30,892 nucleotides of DNA from Atopobiaceae bacterium (GCA_017510875.1 JAFWLX010000169.1:1-30892); one strand, 5' to 3'; numbered from the stretch's first letter, positions 1 to 9,373 are shown. Program-made: numbers and translations. The notes: generated by a model from the sequence alone, not told the origin.

Positions 1-120
1 CCAGCTGCCTCCATGGCAAGCGGACAGTGCATCAACAGCATGGCCAATAGTATCGAAGCTGCCGTACGTCATGATGTCATGGATTTCTCTTTTGCTCGCG
101 TGGTAAGCCCAGACGTTTGA
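1..120 (+). CDS. Possible 3' end of an unidentified CDS entering the window
   Basis: Frame 1 is open from base 1 to TGA at 118-120 (PAASMASGQCINSMANSIEAAVRHDVMDFSFARVVSPDV*). No recognisable motif. Confidence 0.3.
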   Translation, partial: PAASMASGQCINSMANSIEAAVRHDVMDFSFARVVSPDV

Positions 121-139
121 GTCCACGTAACGTGATTTT

Positions 140-373
140 TTACTTCACTGTCTTTGGAGCAAAAAGTCCGTTTATCCAACCATTCAGATAGGTTAGGCCA
201 TCATCATTGAGCTCGGAGCTAAGCGCATAAAGCTCTCCCAGCGTAAACCCCAACGGGCGCTCTTCCAAATGCACATAGTTTGACCTGCTTGTTCCTATAG
301 CTGTAGCCGCCTCCTCCGTAGTGAGCGCACTTGCAAGGCGCGCGCAGGCTACAGGTGATAGATCGTCATCCAA
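140..373 (-). CDS. Small Cro/XRE-like helix-turn-helix protein (about 77 aa)
   Basis: C-terminal part of ORF 140..721. ARLASALTTEEAATAIGTSRSNYVHLEERPLGFTLGELYAL has an XRE HTH pattern. GGAGGA lies 3 nt before an in-frame TTG at 373. Divergent from a CI-like gene. Confidence 0.65.
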   Translation of the reverse strand: MDDDLSPVACARLASALTTEEAATAIGTSRSNYVHLEERPLGFTLGELYALSSELNDDGLTYLNGWINGLFAPKTVK

Positions 374-473
374 GAATCCTCCAACGGCATATAGGAGCTT
401 TAAACATCTCTTTTCCAACATCCTAGCATCACATCTAATGAATGAGAACACACGGCATGAAAGGGAGGTTACG

Positions 474-1097
474 GTGAGCATCATCGGCGATAATATCCGC
501 GCACTTCGAAAGCGCGAGAATCTTACCCAGCAAGATCTGGCCGATATTGCCCACGTAACGCGCGAGACCGTCAACAAATGGGAGAACGGCACCATCGAGG
601 GGCTTCGCGAACACAACATCACAAGACTGCGCAAACACTTTGGCCTTACACTTGATGACCTGCGGTCTGAAAGCAACGGCTTGGCCGCGCAGATACGCAT
701 GGCAAGTATTATGCCAAACACCGTTATCGTCTACACGCCCCACTCCTTTGAGGTGTTATCCAGCTCGCACGCCATCATTGACGAGTATCTTTCACTACGC
801 CATCCGCACGCATTTGCCGTAGAGATGGACGACTCCATGGACAGGGTGATGCCCAGACGATGCCACGCCCTTGTGGACCCAGACCTTCCGGCTCGGACAG
901 GATCTATTGTCTATGCGTCCATTGACGGGGACAGCACGCACATCCACGTGGTGCGACGCCTGCATTTGGGCAGCATCATGGCCATGCTCAGCGCCGAAAG
1001 CCATAGGAAAGGCATCGAGGACATTGTGGTCGAGCGACACAACCTGCGCATAGAGGGCACGGTGTTCTGGTATCAGGCGGCAAAAGAAATGACGTAG
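474..1097 (+). CDS. CI/LexA-like repressor: XRE HTH plus S24 peptidase-like domain with a degenerate dyad
   Basis: GGGAGG RBS then GTG at 474. HTH IRALRKRENLTQQDLADIAHVTRETVNKWENG. S24-like motifs FAVEMDDSMDRV and VVRRL. Confidence 0.85.
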   Translation: MSIIGDNIRALRKRENLTQQDLADIAHVTRETVNKWENGTIEGLREHNITRLRKHFGLTLDDLRSESNGLAAQIRMASIMPNTVIVYTPHSFEVLSSSHAIIDEYLSLRHPHAFAVEMDDSMDRVMPRRCHALVDPDLPARTGSIVYASIDGDSTHIHVVRRLHLGSIMAMLSAESHRKGIEDIVVERHNLRIEGTVFWYQAAKEMT

Positions 1098-1115
1098 GGA
1101 GCATATGCAAGCTGC

Positions 1116-1607
1116 CTATGAAGCTTCCCCTACCTGCGTTACGAGCGCACTAGCGCGAGATCCGTGGGAGACGAGGCGCACTTGGCGCGGGGGCTCATCC
1201 CCTGGGGAGGCAAGCTCATCCAGGCGCGTGAGAAACACGTCCAACCGCTCGGGGCCAATCTCATCTGCAAACTGCTCGCCCCACTCTATGACACAGGGAC
1301 CATCTGACCCCAGCACGTCATAAAAGCCAATGTCCTCAAGCTGGGCCGGATCGTCCAGACGATAGAGGTCAAAGTGATAGAGAGGCATCTGCGCCCCGTC
1401 GTACACCATGAGGATATTGAAGGTGGGGCTTGTCACGTCATCGGTGATGCCCATGCCCGCAGCCATACCCTTGGTGAGCTGTGTCTTTCCGGCGCCAAGG
1501 TCACCCGTAAGAACCAGCACGTCACCGGGCTGCAGCAACTGCCCCAGGCGTCTGCCCAGCGCGATGGTCTCGTCAGTCGTGCGGGTAACAAAGCACTTCT
1601 CGGCCAT
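1116..1607 (-). CDS. tsaE: tRNA t6A biosynthesis ATPase TsaE
   Basis: Walker A GDLGAGKT, VTSPTF, YHFDLYRL and IEW motifs. AGAAAGGA RBS before ATG at 1607. Lies downstream of alr, a common context. Confidence 0.95.
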   Translation of the reverse strand: MAEKCFVTRTTDETIALGRRLGQLLQPGDVLVLTGDLGAGKTQLTKGMAAGMGITDDVTSPTFNILMVYDGAQMPLYHFDLYRLDDPAQLEDIGFYDVLGSDGPCVIEWGEQFADEIGPERLDVFLTRLDELASPGDEPPRQVRLVSHGSRASALVTQVGEAS

Positions 1608-1651
1608 GAGCGTCCTTTCTTGTGGCACAGCTTTTGGAAGCCCGCACCACC

Positions 1652-2314
1652 TTAGCCTTGCTGCACAGGATTGGCGGCAAGCCAAGCGCCCACCATACGC
1701 ATGTCGTCTTCGAGCAGCGGGAGCCATTGCTGGTGATAGATGGTGGCCGCGGGGTGGAAGGTGGGACACACCACAAAGTGGCCGGTCTGGTATAGCTGGC
1801 CGCGCAGCTTGGTCACACCCTGCTCGGTACGCAGCACAAACTGCGTGGCAAAGTTGCCCAGACATACGATCACATCGGGCCAGATGGAACGAATCTGCTC
1901 GCGCAAGAACGGGGAGCAGGCCGCTATCTCTTCGGGCAGAGGGTTTCGGTTTGAAGGCGGGCGACACTTGATGACATTGGCTATGTAGATGTCCTCGCGG
2001 CGTAGCCCAGCCAGCGCCAACAGGCTGTTGAGCCGCTGGCCTGCCGCACCTACAAAGGGCTCTCCCTGCAGGTCTTCGTTCTTGCCTGGCCCCTCGCCTA
2101 TGAACATCACGCGCGCATGAGGGTTGCCCACGCCAAACACCAGATTGGTGCGCGTATCGCCCAAGGGACATAGGTGGCAATCGCCCAGCACCGCGCGTAT
2201 CTCCTCAAGCGACACCTCGCGTGGTTTCTGATGGCTGTGGCCAGGTATCTGCATAACTGCCATGGTGCCCTCCGCATCCATGAGTGAGGGACGCTCCCTC
2301 TTCTTTCGTGGCAT
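1652..2314 (-). CDS. Uracil-DNA glycosylase, family 4 (Fe-S type)
   Basis: CHLCPL, GEGPG, NVIKCRPP, ACSP and TFHPA motifs. Start could instead be the ATG at 2281 or further downstream. Confidence 0.92.
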   Translation of the reverse strand: MPRKKRERPSLMDAEGTMAVMQIPGHSHQKPREVSLEEIRAVLGDCHLCPLGDTRTNLVFGVGNPHARVMFIGEGPGKNEDLQGEPFVGAAGQRLNSLLALAGLRREDIYIANVIKCRPPSNRNPLPEEIAACSPFLREQIRSIWPDVIVCLGNFATQFVLRTEQGVTKLRGQLYQTGHFVVCPTFHPAATIYHQQWLPLLEDDMRMVGAWLAANPVQQG

Positions 2315-2353
2315 CTATTGCTCGCCTTCCCATACCAGGGCGTTACGGGCCGA

Positions 2354-3514
2354 CTACACGTACACCTTTTCCATGCGCATGCCAAAGTTGCAGGTAACCT
2401 CGTAGTTGATAGTCCCGCGCAGTTGGGCCATCTCGTCGGCGGTTATGCACTCGTTGCCATCGTTGCCAATGATGGTCACCAGGTCGCCCTCTTGCACGGG
2501 CTGCGCGCGCCGGTACGAGCGCACGGGGTTGGTATCAACGGCAAACATGCACTGGTCCATGCAAATGTTGCCCACCTGACGTGCACGTTTTCCGTGCACC
2601 AGCACCTCCATGCGCCCCGAGAGCGAACGCGAGAGGCCGTCAGCGTAGCCCAGTGGGATAGTGGCAATCTGTACGTGAGGTGTGGGAACACGGTAGTTAA
2701 GGCCATAGCTCACGCCCTCGCCCACCGCCGGGTAGATGGCACGTGTCACACGGGCGCGCACGCTCATGGCAGGTACCAACTTTATGCGGGGCGCAGTGGC
2801 CTCGGAAGGCTGCAGGCCATAAAGGCCAATGCCCGCACGGCACATGTCAAAATGGTGATGGGGATGCAGAATGGTGCCAGGCGTGTTGTCGCAATGCACC
2901 AAGCCTACCTCGCGGCCAGCGTCACGCAGGGCCTCCACAGCCTCGTCAAAGCGACGAGCCTGCAGCTGAAAGTCCCAGTCCTGCACATTGTCGGCCGTGG
3001 CAAAGTGGGTGAAGGTGCCCATGCACTTGAGGCCACGGTGGAAGTCGATGGCATGACGAAACTCCAGCACGTCCTCGGGCAACACACCAATGCGCGTCAT
3101 GCCCGTGTCAATGGCTAGGTGGTACTTGCCTATCTTATCCATGGCAGCGGCGCTCTCGCCGTAGGCAAGGGCAAACTCGCTGGTATAGACGCTAGGCATG
3201 ATGTCGTACTCAAGCAGGGTGTCGATAGCGCCCATGGGTACCTGGTTAAGCAGCAGAATGGGCCACTCGATGCCCGCCTCGCGCAGCTCTACGCCCTCGG
3301 CAACCGTTGCCACGGCAAACTGGTCGGCGCCCGAAGCATGCATGGCCTTGGTACACTCGATGGCCCCGTGGCCGTAGCCGTCGGCCTTTACGGCACACAT
3401 GAGCTTGGTACCCCTTTTGAGCAGGGCCTTTATGGCGCGCGTGTTCTTACGGATGGCGTTGAGGTCAATCTCGACCCATGCCCACCTGTCTGTTGGCTCG
3501 TGGCTTAACGGCAC
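2354..3514 (-). CDS. alr: Alanine racemase
   Basis: PLP-lysine motif AVKADGYGHG; IDTGMTRIG, THFATAD, RAGIGLYG, GYADG and GNICMDQ motifs. Confidence 0.97.
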   Translation of the reverse strand: MPLSHEPTDRWAWVEIDLNAIRKNTRAIKALLKRGTKLMCAVKADGYGHGAIECTKAMHASGADQFAVATVAEGVELREAGIEWPILLLNQVPMGAIDTLLEYDIMPSVYTSEFALAYGESAAAMDKIGKYHLAIDTGMTRIGVLPEDVLEFRHAIDFHRGLKCMGTFTHFATADNVQDWDFQLQARRFDEAVEALRDAGREVGLVHCDNTPGTILHPHHHFDMCRAGIGLYGLQPSEATAPRIKLVPAMSVRARVTRAIYPAVGEGVSYGLNYRVPTPHVQIATIPLGYADGLSRSLSGRMEVLVHGKRARQVGNICMDQCMFAVDTNPVRSYRRAQPVQEGDLVTIIGNDGNECITADEMAQLRGTINYEVTCNFGMRMEKVYV

Positions 3515-3594
3515 GATGCGGCACCTCCTACGACTGCACTTGCCTATTGCAGACCCTCGCGGACTGCAGCCTCATCCGCCAGGGCGTTGTCATT

Positions 3595-5205
3595 CTACTC
3601 GTACTCTACGCCAGCCATCATGGCGCGCTCCTCTACGGCATCAACGGCAAGACCAACCATGTCGATTATGTCTCCGGCCATGACGCCGCGCGAGCCGTGA
3701 CGCTCGGTGGCAAGCAGACCTGCGTATCCGTGAATCTCGCACGCCAGCGCTGCTAGCAGCGGCAGGTCGCTCCCCTCCACCTGGCCGCGAGCCAAAAGCG
3801 TGGCCACAATGCCACCCAGCACGTCCCCCGAGCCTGCCGTGGCAAGCGAGGCCGGACCAGGCTTGGGAAGAATGGCCGACTCTACACCCACACAGGCGCT
3901 GGCGTTGCCCTTGGCAAGCACGGCAAGCTCGCTGCCGCCATCGGCCCACACCACCCTACGTGCAGCGTCAAGCATTGAGGTAAGGGAGTCGGGCGGCGTA
4001 TCGGCAAGGCCCACCAGCCGTCCCAGCTCGGCTCTATGCGGGGTAAGAACGATGGGCGAGGTGCGGCGCAGCAGCTCGGGATACTCGTCAATCTGCCCCC
4101 CGGTAAGGCGCGCGATGCAGTTGAGGGCATCGGCATCAACCACCAACTTGCACGTGGAGTTGAACAGGGCCGACACCACCGCCACGGTGCCCGACGACAC
4201 ACGCATGCCCGGACCCACAAGCGTTGCGTCGCGACGCTCGGCCAGACGCACCGCCATGTCGGCAGCACGGTTAGAGAAGCAACCGTCGGACTCGGACGGC
4301 AGGCCTATCACAGGAATCTCCATCATGTGCGCCTGAACTGCAGAAACGATGGCCTCGGGCACGGCGAGCGTAACGTAGCCAGCACCGGCGCGCGCCGCTG
4401 CCAAGGCCGCCATCATGGGTGCGCCCACAAAGCGCGTGGAGCCACCCACCACCAGCACCGAGCCACGCGAGAACTTGTCCACCGTAGTTGTAGGCGGAGC
4501 GATGACGGACTGGTAGTCGCCTAGGTCTGCTCGCCAGGCAACGGGGTCGGCCTCCATGGCCAGTTGATCGGTCTGCTCGGCCAGCGGAGCCACCACAATG
4601 GCGCCGCACATGTCACGTCCCTCATCGGAGAGAAGGCCGGGCTTCAAGGTGAGCATGGTCACGGTCTCGTCGGCCACGATGCAGGGACCGTCCGCATGGC
4701 CGGTCTGAGCCGAGAGGCCACTGGGGACGTCAACGGCCAACACGCGCGTGCCCGAGTTGTTGATAGACTCGATCCAGATGTCAAACGGAGCGCCAGCCTG
4801 ACCGTGAAAACCAGTGCCAAACATGCAGTCGATGACCACGTCGGCCTGGGCCAACAGGCTCTCTATCTCGGCGCGCGGAGGGGCCACCAGAGCCTCCACA
4901 CCCACCGAGAGGGCGCTCTTGGCCACCACCGGAGCCAGATCGCCCTTAAGCTCGCCGGCCTCGATGGGAGTTATGACCACCACGCGCTTTCCCTTACGCA
5001 GCAACTCTTCGGCAGCAACCCAGCCATCACCACCGTTGTTGCCAAAACCGCAGAACACGAGGGCAAACTCTATATCTCCCATGCCCAGGGCCTCGTTGGC
5101 TGCGGCCAAGCCGGCACGATGCATGAGCTCGGAAATGCTTACCCCCACACGCGTGAGGGCTATCTCAAGCGAGCGTACGTCCTCAACGTTCAGAACCGGC
5201 TGCAT
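3595..5205 (-). CDS. nnr: Bifunctional NAD(P)H-hydrate epimerase/dehydratase (YjeF/Nnr)
   Basis: N-domain GFGNNGGDG, DCMFGTG and AVDVPSG; C-domain GSVLVVGGS, DADAL, LTPHRAE and LATAGSGDVL. GGAGG RBS before ATG at 5205. Confidence 0.93.
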   Translation of the reverse strand: MQPVLNVEDVRSLEIALTRVGVSISELMHRAGLAAANEALGMGDIEFALVFCGFGNNGGDGWVAAEELLRKGKRVVVITPIEAGELKGDLAPVVAKSALSVGVEALVAPPRAEIESLLAQADVVIDCMFGTGFHGQAGAPFDIWIESINNSGTRVLAVDVPSGLSAQTGHADGPCIVADETVTMLTLKPGLLSDEGRDMCGAIVVAPLAEQTDQLAMEADPVAWRADLGDYQSVIAPPTTTVDKFSRGSVLVVGGSTRFVGAPMMAALAAARAGAGYVTLAVPEAIVSAVQAHMMEIPVIGLPSESDGCFSNRAADMAVRLAERRDATLVGPGMRVSSGTVAVVSALFNSTCKLVVDADALNCIARLTGGQIDEYPELLRRTSPIVLTPHRAELGRLVGLADTPPDSLTSMLDAARRVVWADGGSELAVLAKGNASACVGVESAILPKPGPASLATAGSGDVLGGIVATLLARGQVEGSDLPLLAALACEIHGYAGLLATERHGSRGVMAGDIIDMVGLAVDAVEERAMMAGVEYE

Positions 5206-5776
5206 GGTTGCTTCCTCCCTGGAAATTGGTTTCATCTGGCTGGGCGGGCGCAGGCGGCTTGGCAGGACGGGCCTCCAGCGTTGCGGCAACATCGCCCTGC
5301 AGGCGCTCAAGCTCGTCAATCACCGAGCGTGCCTCTCTAAATGACGAAAGCAGCTCGCGTTTGGGATCGCGCTCTTCCTTGGGCTTGGGCTTTACCTCGT
5401 CGGTCACCAAAAGGGCCATGGCCGTGGCCACGTCGTGGGTAAAGGAGAGCGAAAGCGCTATCTCGGTAACACCGCGCTTGGCAGCAGCCGCTTGCGCAGC
5501 ACCCGACAGCAGAGCATTGGGTCGGCCATTGTCAGAATGGCCCACCGAGATGTCATAGCGACCAAAATGACTGCCGTCCTCACCGGTAAGGGCCTTGGTC
5601 ACAGCGGACCGGGCGGCGAGGCGCGCGGCGTAGTGCTCGGCAGGACGAGCCGTGCCCTCGCAAAAGCGGCGTTCCTCGTCGGTAAAGACGCGCTTGGCAA
5701 AGCCCGCGCGCCGCCCAAGAGCGCGCTCCATGCGCGCAATCTCGAGAATGCCTATGCCCACACCGGCTGATGGCAT
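5183..5776 (-). CDS. acpS: AcpS-family phosphopantetheinyl transferase-like protein with a C-terminal extension; metal-binding acidic residues lost
   Basis: GVGIGILEIARM, FTDEERRFC, HYAARLAARSAVTKAL, GRP and SLSFTHD match the AcpS fold. Occupies the usual position upstream of nnr-alr and overlaps the nnr start. Confidence 0.8.
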   Translation of the reverse strand: MPSAGVGIGILEIARMERALGRRAGFAKRVFTDEERRFCEGTARPAEHYAARLAARSAVTKALTGEDGSHFGRYDISVGHSDNGRPNALLSGAAQAAAAKRGVTEIALSLSFTHDVATAMALLVTDEVKPKPKEERDPKRELLSSFREARSVIDELERLQGDVAATLEARPAKPPAPAQPDETNFQGGSNHAAGSER

Positions 5777-5864
5777 GCCGCCCCTTTCTTTGTAAACAAA
5801 GTGCCGCACCACATACGGAAAGAGTTTAGCAGTACCCACGCCTCCTCGGACGGAACACTTTGTA

Positions 5865-5908
5865 GATGCAGCGGGGCGGGAGGCCGCACCTTCCCGCCCC
5901 GCTGCATC
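5865..5908 (-). terminator. GC-rich hairpin, likely terminator of the adhE-kinase unit
   Basis: 17-bp stem GATGCAGCGGGGCGGGA/TCCCGCCCCGCTGCATC with a 10-nt loop, 25 nt after the kinase stop. No strong U-tract. Confidence 0.6.
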
Positions 5909-5932
5909 AGCTTGCGTGGTCTGTCGCCTTGT

Positions 5933-6691
5933 CTAGTAGTAGTCCACCACGTCAATCATAGAGAGCAGGTAGTCCTGCTCGACTACGCGACCGCGCGCCA
6001 GCTCGGCCGCGGCAACGATGGACATCCAGTTTTGGATGTAGGACATCTCGCAGCCCTGGCGCTCACAGTAGGTACGCAAGTACTTCTCGGCGATCTCCTT
6101 CTCGCCGCCGAGCATGAGATGCAGGTAGGTGGTGGCGCAGTCAGCGCCGCCGTTGCCCTGGGTGGCATGGGCCCAGTCGCACACGCTCATGGTGCCGTCC
6201 TCGCGCACGATGATGTTGGAGGGCACGAAGTCGCCGTGGCAGATCTTGTTGTGGTTGGGCATGCCGTCCAAACGCACCAGCAGCTCGTACTGGGTGGCCT
6301 CGCTGATGATGTCGCCCAGGCTGTTGATCATGCGGGCGTACTTGTCCTTCTGGCGGTTCATCAGCGGGTTCTTGTGGGCGTGAATCTGCAGCTCAAGCTC
6401 CACGAAGTCAGCCATGCGCTCGACCTCGGGATCCTCGTTGATGAGCTGGCGCAGCGTCTTGCCCTCCACCTTCTTGGTGGCGATGGCCCACGTGTTGCCC
6501 ACCTTGCCCACCTCAAGCAGTTCGGGCACGTCGATGCCCGCCTGGTCGGCGCGGGCGAGGTTCAGGGCCTCGTTCATGATGTCAGCCGCAGGCTTGTTGC
6601 CGTTGAACACCTTGACCACAGTGTCGCCGCAGTCGTAGACCACCTTGTTGTGGCGCTCTACGATGACGCTCTTGTCCTTGGGAAGTTTCAT
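5933..6691 (-). CDS. APH/choline-kinase-like phosphotransferase
   Basis: VVKVF lysine, Brenner motif HGDFVPSN and CDW motif. Starts 33 nt after the adhE stop. Confidence 0.85.
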   Translation of the reverse strand: MKLPKDKSVIVERHNKVVYDCGDTVVKVFNGNKPAADIMNEALNLARADQAGIDVPELLEVGKVGNTWAIATKKVEGKTLRQLINEDPEVERMADFVELELQIHAHKNPLMNRQKDKYARMINSLGDIISEATQYELLVRLDGMPNHNKICHGDFVPSNIIVREDGTMSVCDWAHATQGNGGADCATTYLHLMLGGEKEIAEKYLRTYCERQGCEMSYIQNWMSIVAAAELARGRVVEQDYLLSMIDVVDYY

Positions 6692-6724
6692 GAGATGCCA
6701 ATCCTTTCTTGCGACGGGCGCGCC

Positions 6725-9373
6725 TTAGTCCTCGTAGCTCGAGGCCGGACGGTCGTAGTAGGCGTCGAGGTAGATTTCCTTGATCTCGCTGATGAGCGGA
6801 TAGCGCGGGTTGGCGCCGGTGCACTGGTCGTTGAAGGCGTTCTCGCTCATCTCGTCGAGCGTGTCGAGGAAGTACTGCTCGTCCACGCCGTACTCGGCGA
6901 TGGTCTTCTTGACGCCCACGTGCTCCTTCAGGTCCTCGATGCCAGCGATGAAGTTCTCGAAGACCTCGTCGTCGGTAGCGCCGTCAAAGCCGCAGGCGCG
7001 ACCAAACTCGACGTAGCGTTCCTTGGCGTGCGGGTACTCGTACTGGCTGAAGCTGCCCATCTTGGTCGGACGCTCGGCGGCGTTGTAGCGCATGACGCGC
7101 GTGAGGATGATCGCGTTTGCCCAGCCGTGCGGGATGTGGTGGTAGGCGCCCAGCTTGTGAGCCATGGAGTGGTTGACGCCCAGGAAGGCGTTGGCAAAGG
7201 CCATGCCTGCCAGGCAGCTGGCGTTGGCCATGTGGTCGCGGGCCTCCAGGTCATCGGGGTTGTCGTAGGCGCGAGCCAGGTACTTGAACACCAAGGCGCC
7301 AGCGCGCAGGGCCAGCGGGTCGGTGTAGTCACTCGCCATGATCGAGACGTAGGCCTCCATCGCGTGGGTAAGCACGTCAACGCCCGAGGCGGAGGTCAGG
7401 CCCTTGGGCTGGCTCATCATGTTGTTGGTGTCCACGATGGCCATGTTGGGCAGCAGCTGGTAGTCGGCCAGCGGCCACTTGATGCCAGTCTCGGCGTCGG
7501 TGATGATGGCGAACGGCGTGCACTCCGATCCTGTGCCGGAGCTGGTGGGGATGGCCACGAAGTAGCACTTGTTCCCCATCTGCGGATAGGGGTAGATGCG
7601 CTTGCGGATGTCCATGAAGTTCATGGCCATGTCCTCGAAGCGAGCCTCTGGATGCTCGTACATGAGCCACATGATCTTGGCTGCATCCATGGCGGAGCCA
7701 CCGCCTACGGCAATGATCGTATCGGGCTCGAAGGAGCTGAGCTGCTTCACACCCTCCTGCGCGCACTGCAGCGTGGGGTCGGGGGCGACATCGTAGAAGC
7801 AGGCGTGGGCGATGCCCATCTCATCGAGCTTGGACTCGATCTGCTTGGTGAAGCCGCTCTTGTACAAGAAGGAGTCGGTCACGATGAAGGCGCGCTTCTT
7901 GCCCATGATGGTGCCCAGCTCGTCGAGCGCCACCGGCATGCAGCCGCGCTTGAAGTAGACCTTCTCGGGCACGCGGTACCACAGCATGTTCTCTCGCCTC
8001 TCTGCCACCGTCTTGACGTTGATCAGGTGCTTGACGCCCACGTTCTCGGAGACGGAGTTGCCGCCCCACGAGCCGCAGCCCAGCGTGAGGGACGGGGCCA
8101 GCTTGAAGTTGTACAGGTCGCCGATGCCGCCGTGGCTGGAGGGAGTGTTGACCAGGATGCGGCAGGTCTTCATAGCGGCGGCGTGCTTGGCCATCTTCTC
8201 GGTCTCGCGCGTGTCGATGTAGAGCGAGCTGGTGTGACCGTAACCGCCGTCGGCCACGAGGCGCTCGGACTTGGCGATGGCCTCGTCGAAGGTGTCGGCG
8301 TGATACATTGCCAGAACCGGCGAGAGCTTCTCGTGCGCGAACTCCTCGGTGATGTCGACGCTCTCGACCTCGCCGATGAGGATCTTGGTGCTCTGCGGCA
8401 CCTTGACGCCGGCCATCTCGGCGATGGCGGCGGCACGCTGCCCCACGATGCGGGCGTTGAGCTTGCCGTTGATGATGATGGTCTTGCGGACGCGGTCGAG
8501 CTCCTCGCCCTCCAGGAAGTAGCAGCCACGGAGCTTGAACTCGGCCTTCGCGGCGGCGTAGGCCTCGTCGCCCACCACGGTCACGCTCTGCTCGGAGGCG
8601 CAGATCATGCCGTTGTCGAAGGTCTTGGAGTGGATGATGGAGTTGACGGCCATGCGCACGTCCGCCGTGCTGTCGATGATGACCGGGGTGTTGCCCGCGC
8701 CCACACCAAGGGCCGGCGTACCGGAGCTGTAGGCCGCCTTGACCATGCCAGGGCCACCGGTGGCCAGGATGATGTCGGACTCGGCCATGAGAACCTGGGT
8801 GTTTTCGAGCGAGAGTGCCTCAATCCAGCCGACGAGGTGCTCGGGTGCGCCGGCGGCCACGGCGGCGTCATTGACGATGCGCGCTGCCTCAGCCGTGCAG
8901 CCCTTGGCGCGCGGGTGCGGGCTGATCATGATGGCGTTGCGGGTCTTCAGCGCGATGAGGCACTTGAAGATGGCCGTCGAGGTGGGGTTGGTGGTGGGGA
9001 TGACCGCGCCGATGATGCCGATGGGCTCGGCAATCTTCTTGATGCCAAAGACGGGGTCCTCCTCGATGACGCCGCAGGTCAAGGTGTCCTTGTAGGCGTT
9101 GTAGATGTATTCGGAGGCGTAGTGGTTCTTGGTGACCTTATCCTCCACGCAGCCCATGCCGGTCTCCTCCACGGCCATCTTGGCCAGAGGAATGCGGGCC
9201 TTGTTCGCGGCCATGGCCGCCTCGAAGAAGATCTTGTCCACCTGCTCCTGAGTGAAGGTCGCAAACTCCTTTTGCGCCTCGCGCATGAGGGCAAGCTTCT
9301 CGAGAAGCTCCTCGTTGCTTCTCACGACGAGGGCCGCGCCGTCATCAAAGACGGTCTTGGTCTCTTCGGACAT
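6725..9373 (-). CDS. adhE: Bifunctional acetaldehyde-CoA/alcohol dehydrogenase
   Basis: 882 aa. ALDH motifs PTTNPTST, ATGGPG, FDNGMICASEQ and HEKLSP; linker GCGSWGGNS; Fe-ADH motifs GGGSAMDAAK, PTSSGTGSE, DVLTHAMEA and NHSMAHKLG. Confidence 0.98.
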   Translation of the reverse strand: MSEETKTVFDDGAALVVRSNEELLEKLALMREAQKEFATFTQEQVDKIFFEAAMAANKARIPLAKMAVEETGMGCVEDKVTKNHYASEYIYNAYKDTLTCGVIEEDPVFGIKKIAEPIGIIGAVIPTTNPTSTAIFKCLIALKTRNAIMISPHPRAKGCTAEAARIVNDAAVAAGAPEHLVGWIEALSLENTQVLMAESDIILATGGPGMVKAAYSSGTPALGVGAGNTPVIIDSTADVRMAVNSIIHSKTFDNGMICASEQSVTVVGDEAYAAAKAEFKLRGCYFLEGEELDRVRKTIIINGKLNARIVGQRAAAIAEMAGVKVPQSTKILIGEVESVDITEEFAHEKLSPVLAMYHADTFDEAIAKSERLVADGGYGHTSSLYIDTRETEKMAKHAAAMKTCRILVNTPSSHGGIGDLYNFKLAPSLTLGCGSWGGNSVSENVGVKHLINVKTVAERRENMLWYRVPEKVYFKRGCMPVALDELGTIMGKKRAFIVTDSFLYKSGFTKQIESKLDEMGIAHACFYDVAPDPTLQCAQEGVKQLSSFEPDTIIAVGGGSAMDAAKIMWLMYEHPEARFEDMAMNFMDIRKRIYPYPQMGNKCYFVAIPTSSGTGSECTPFAIITDAETGIKWPLADYQLLPNMAIVDTNNMMSQPKGLTSASGVDVLTHAMEAYVSIMASDYTDPLALRAGALVFKYLARAYDNPDDLEARDHMANASCLAGMAFANAFLGVNHSMAHKLGAYHHIPHGWANAIILTRVMRYNAAERPTKMGSFSQYEYPHAKERYVEFGRACGFDGATDDEVFENFIAGIEDLKEHVGVKKTIAEYGVDEQYFLDTLDEMSENAFNDQCTGANPRYPLISEIKEIYLDAYYDRPASSYED

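Noticed and set aside
122-134. Palindrome CACGT-A-ACGTG, with CCACGTAACG recurring at 551-560
   Set aside because: Too short for a terminator; the second copy lies within coding sequence, so chance is likely.
374-721. N-terminal ~116 aa of ORF 140..721
   Set aside because: It overlaps the CI-like gene antisense and the intergenic region; the RBS and HTH point to a TTG start at 373.
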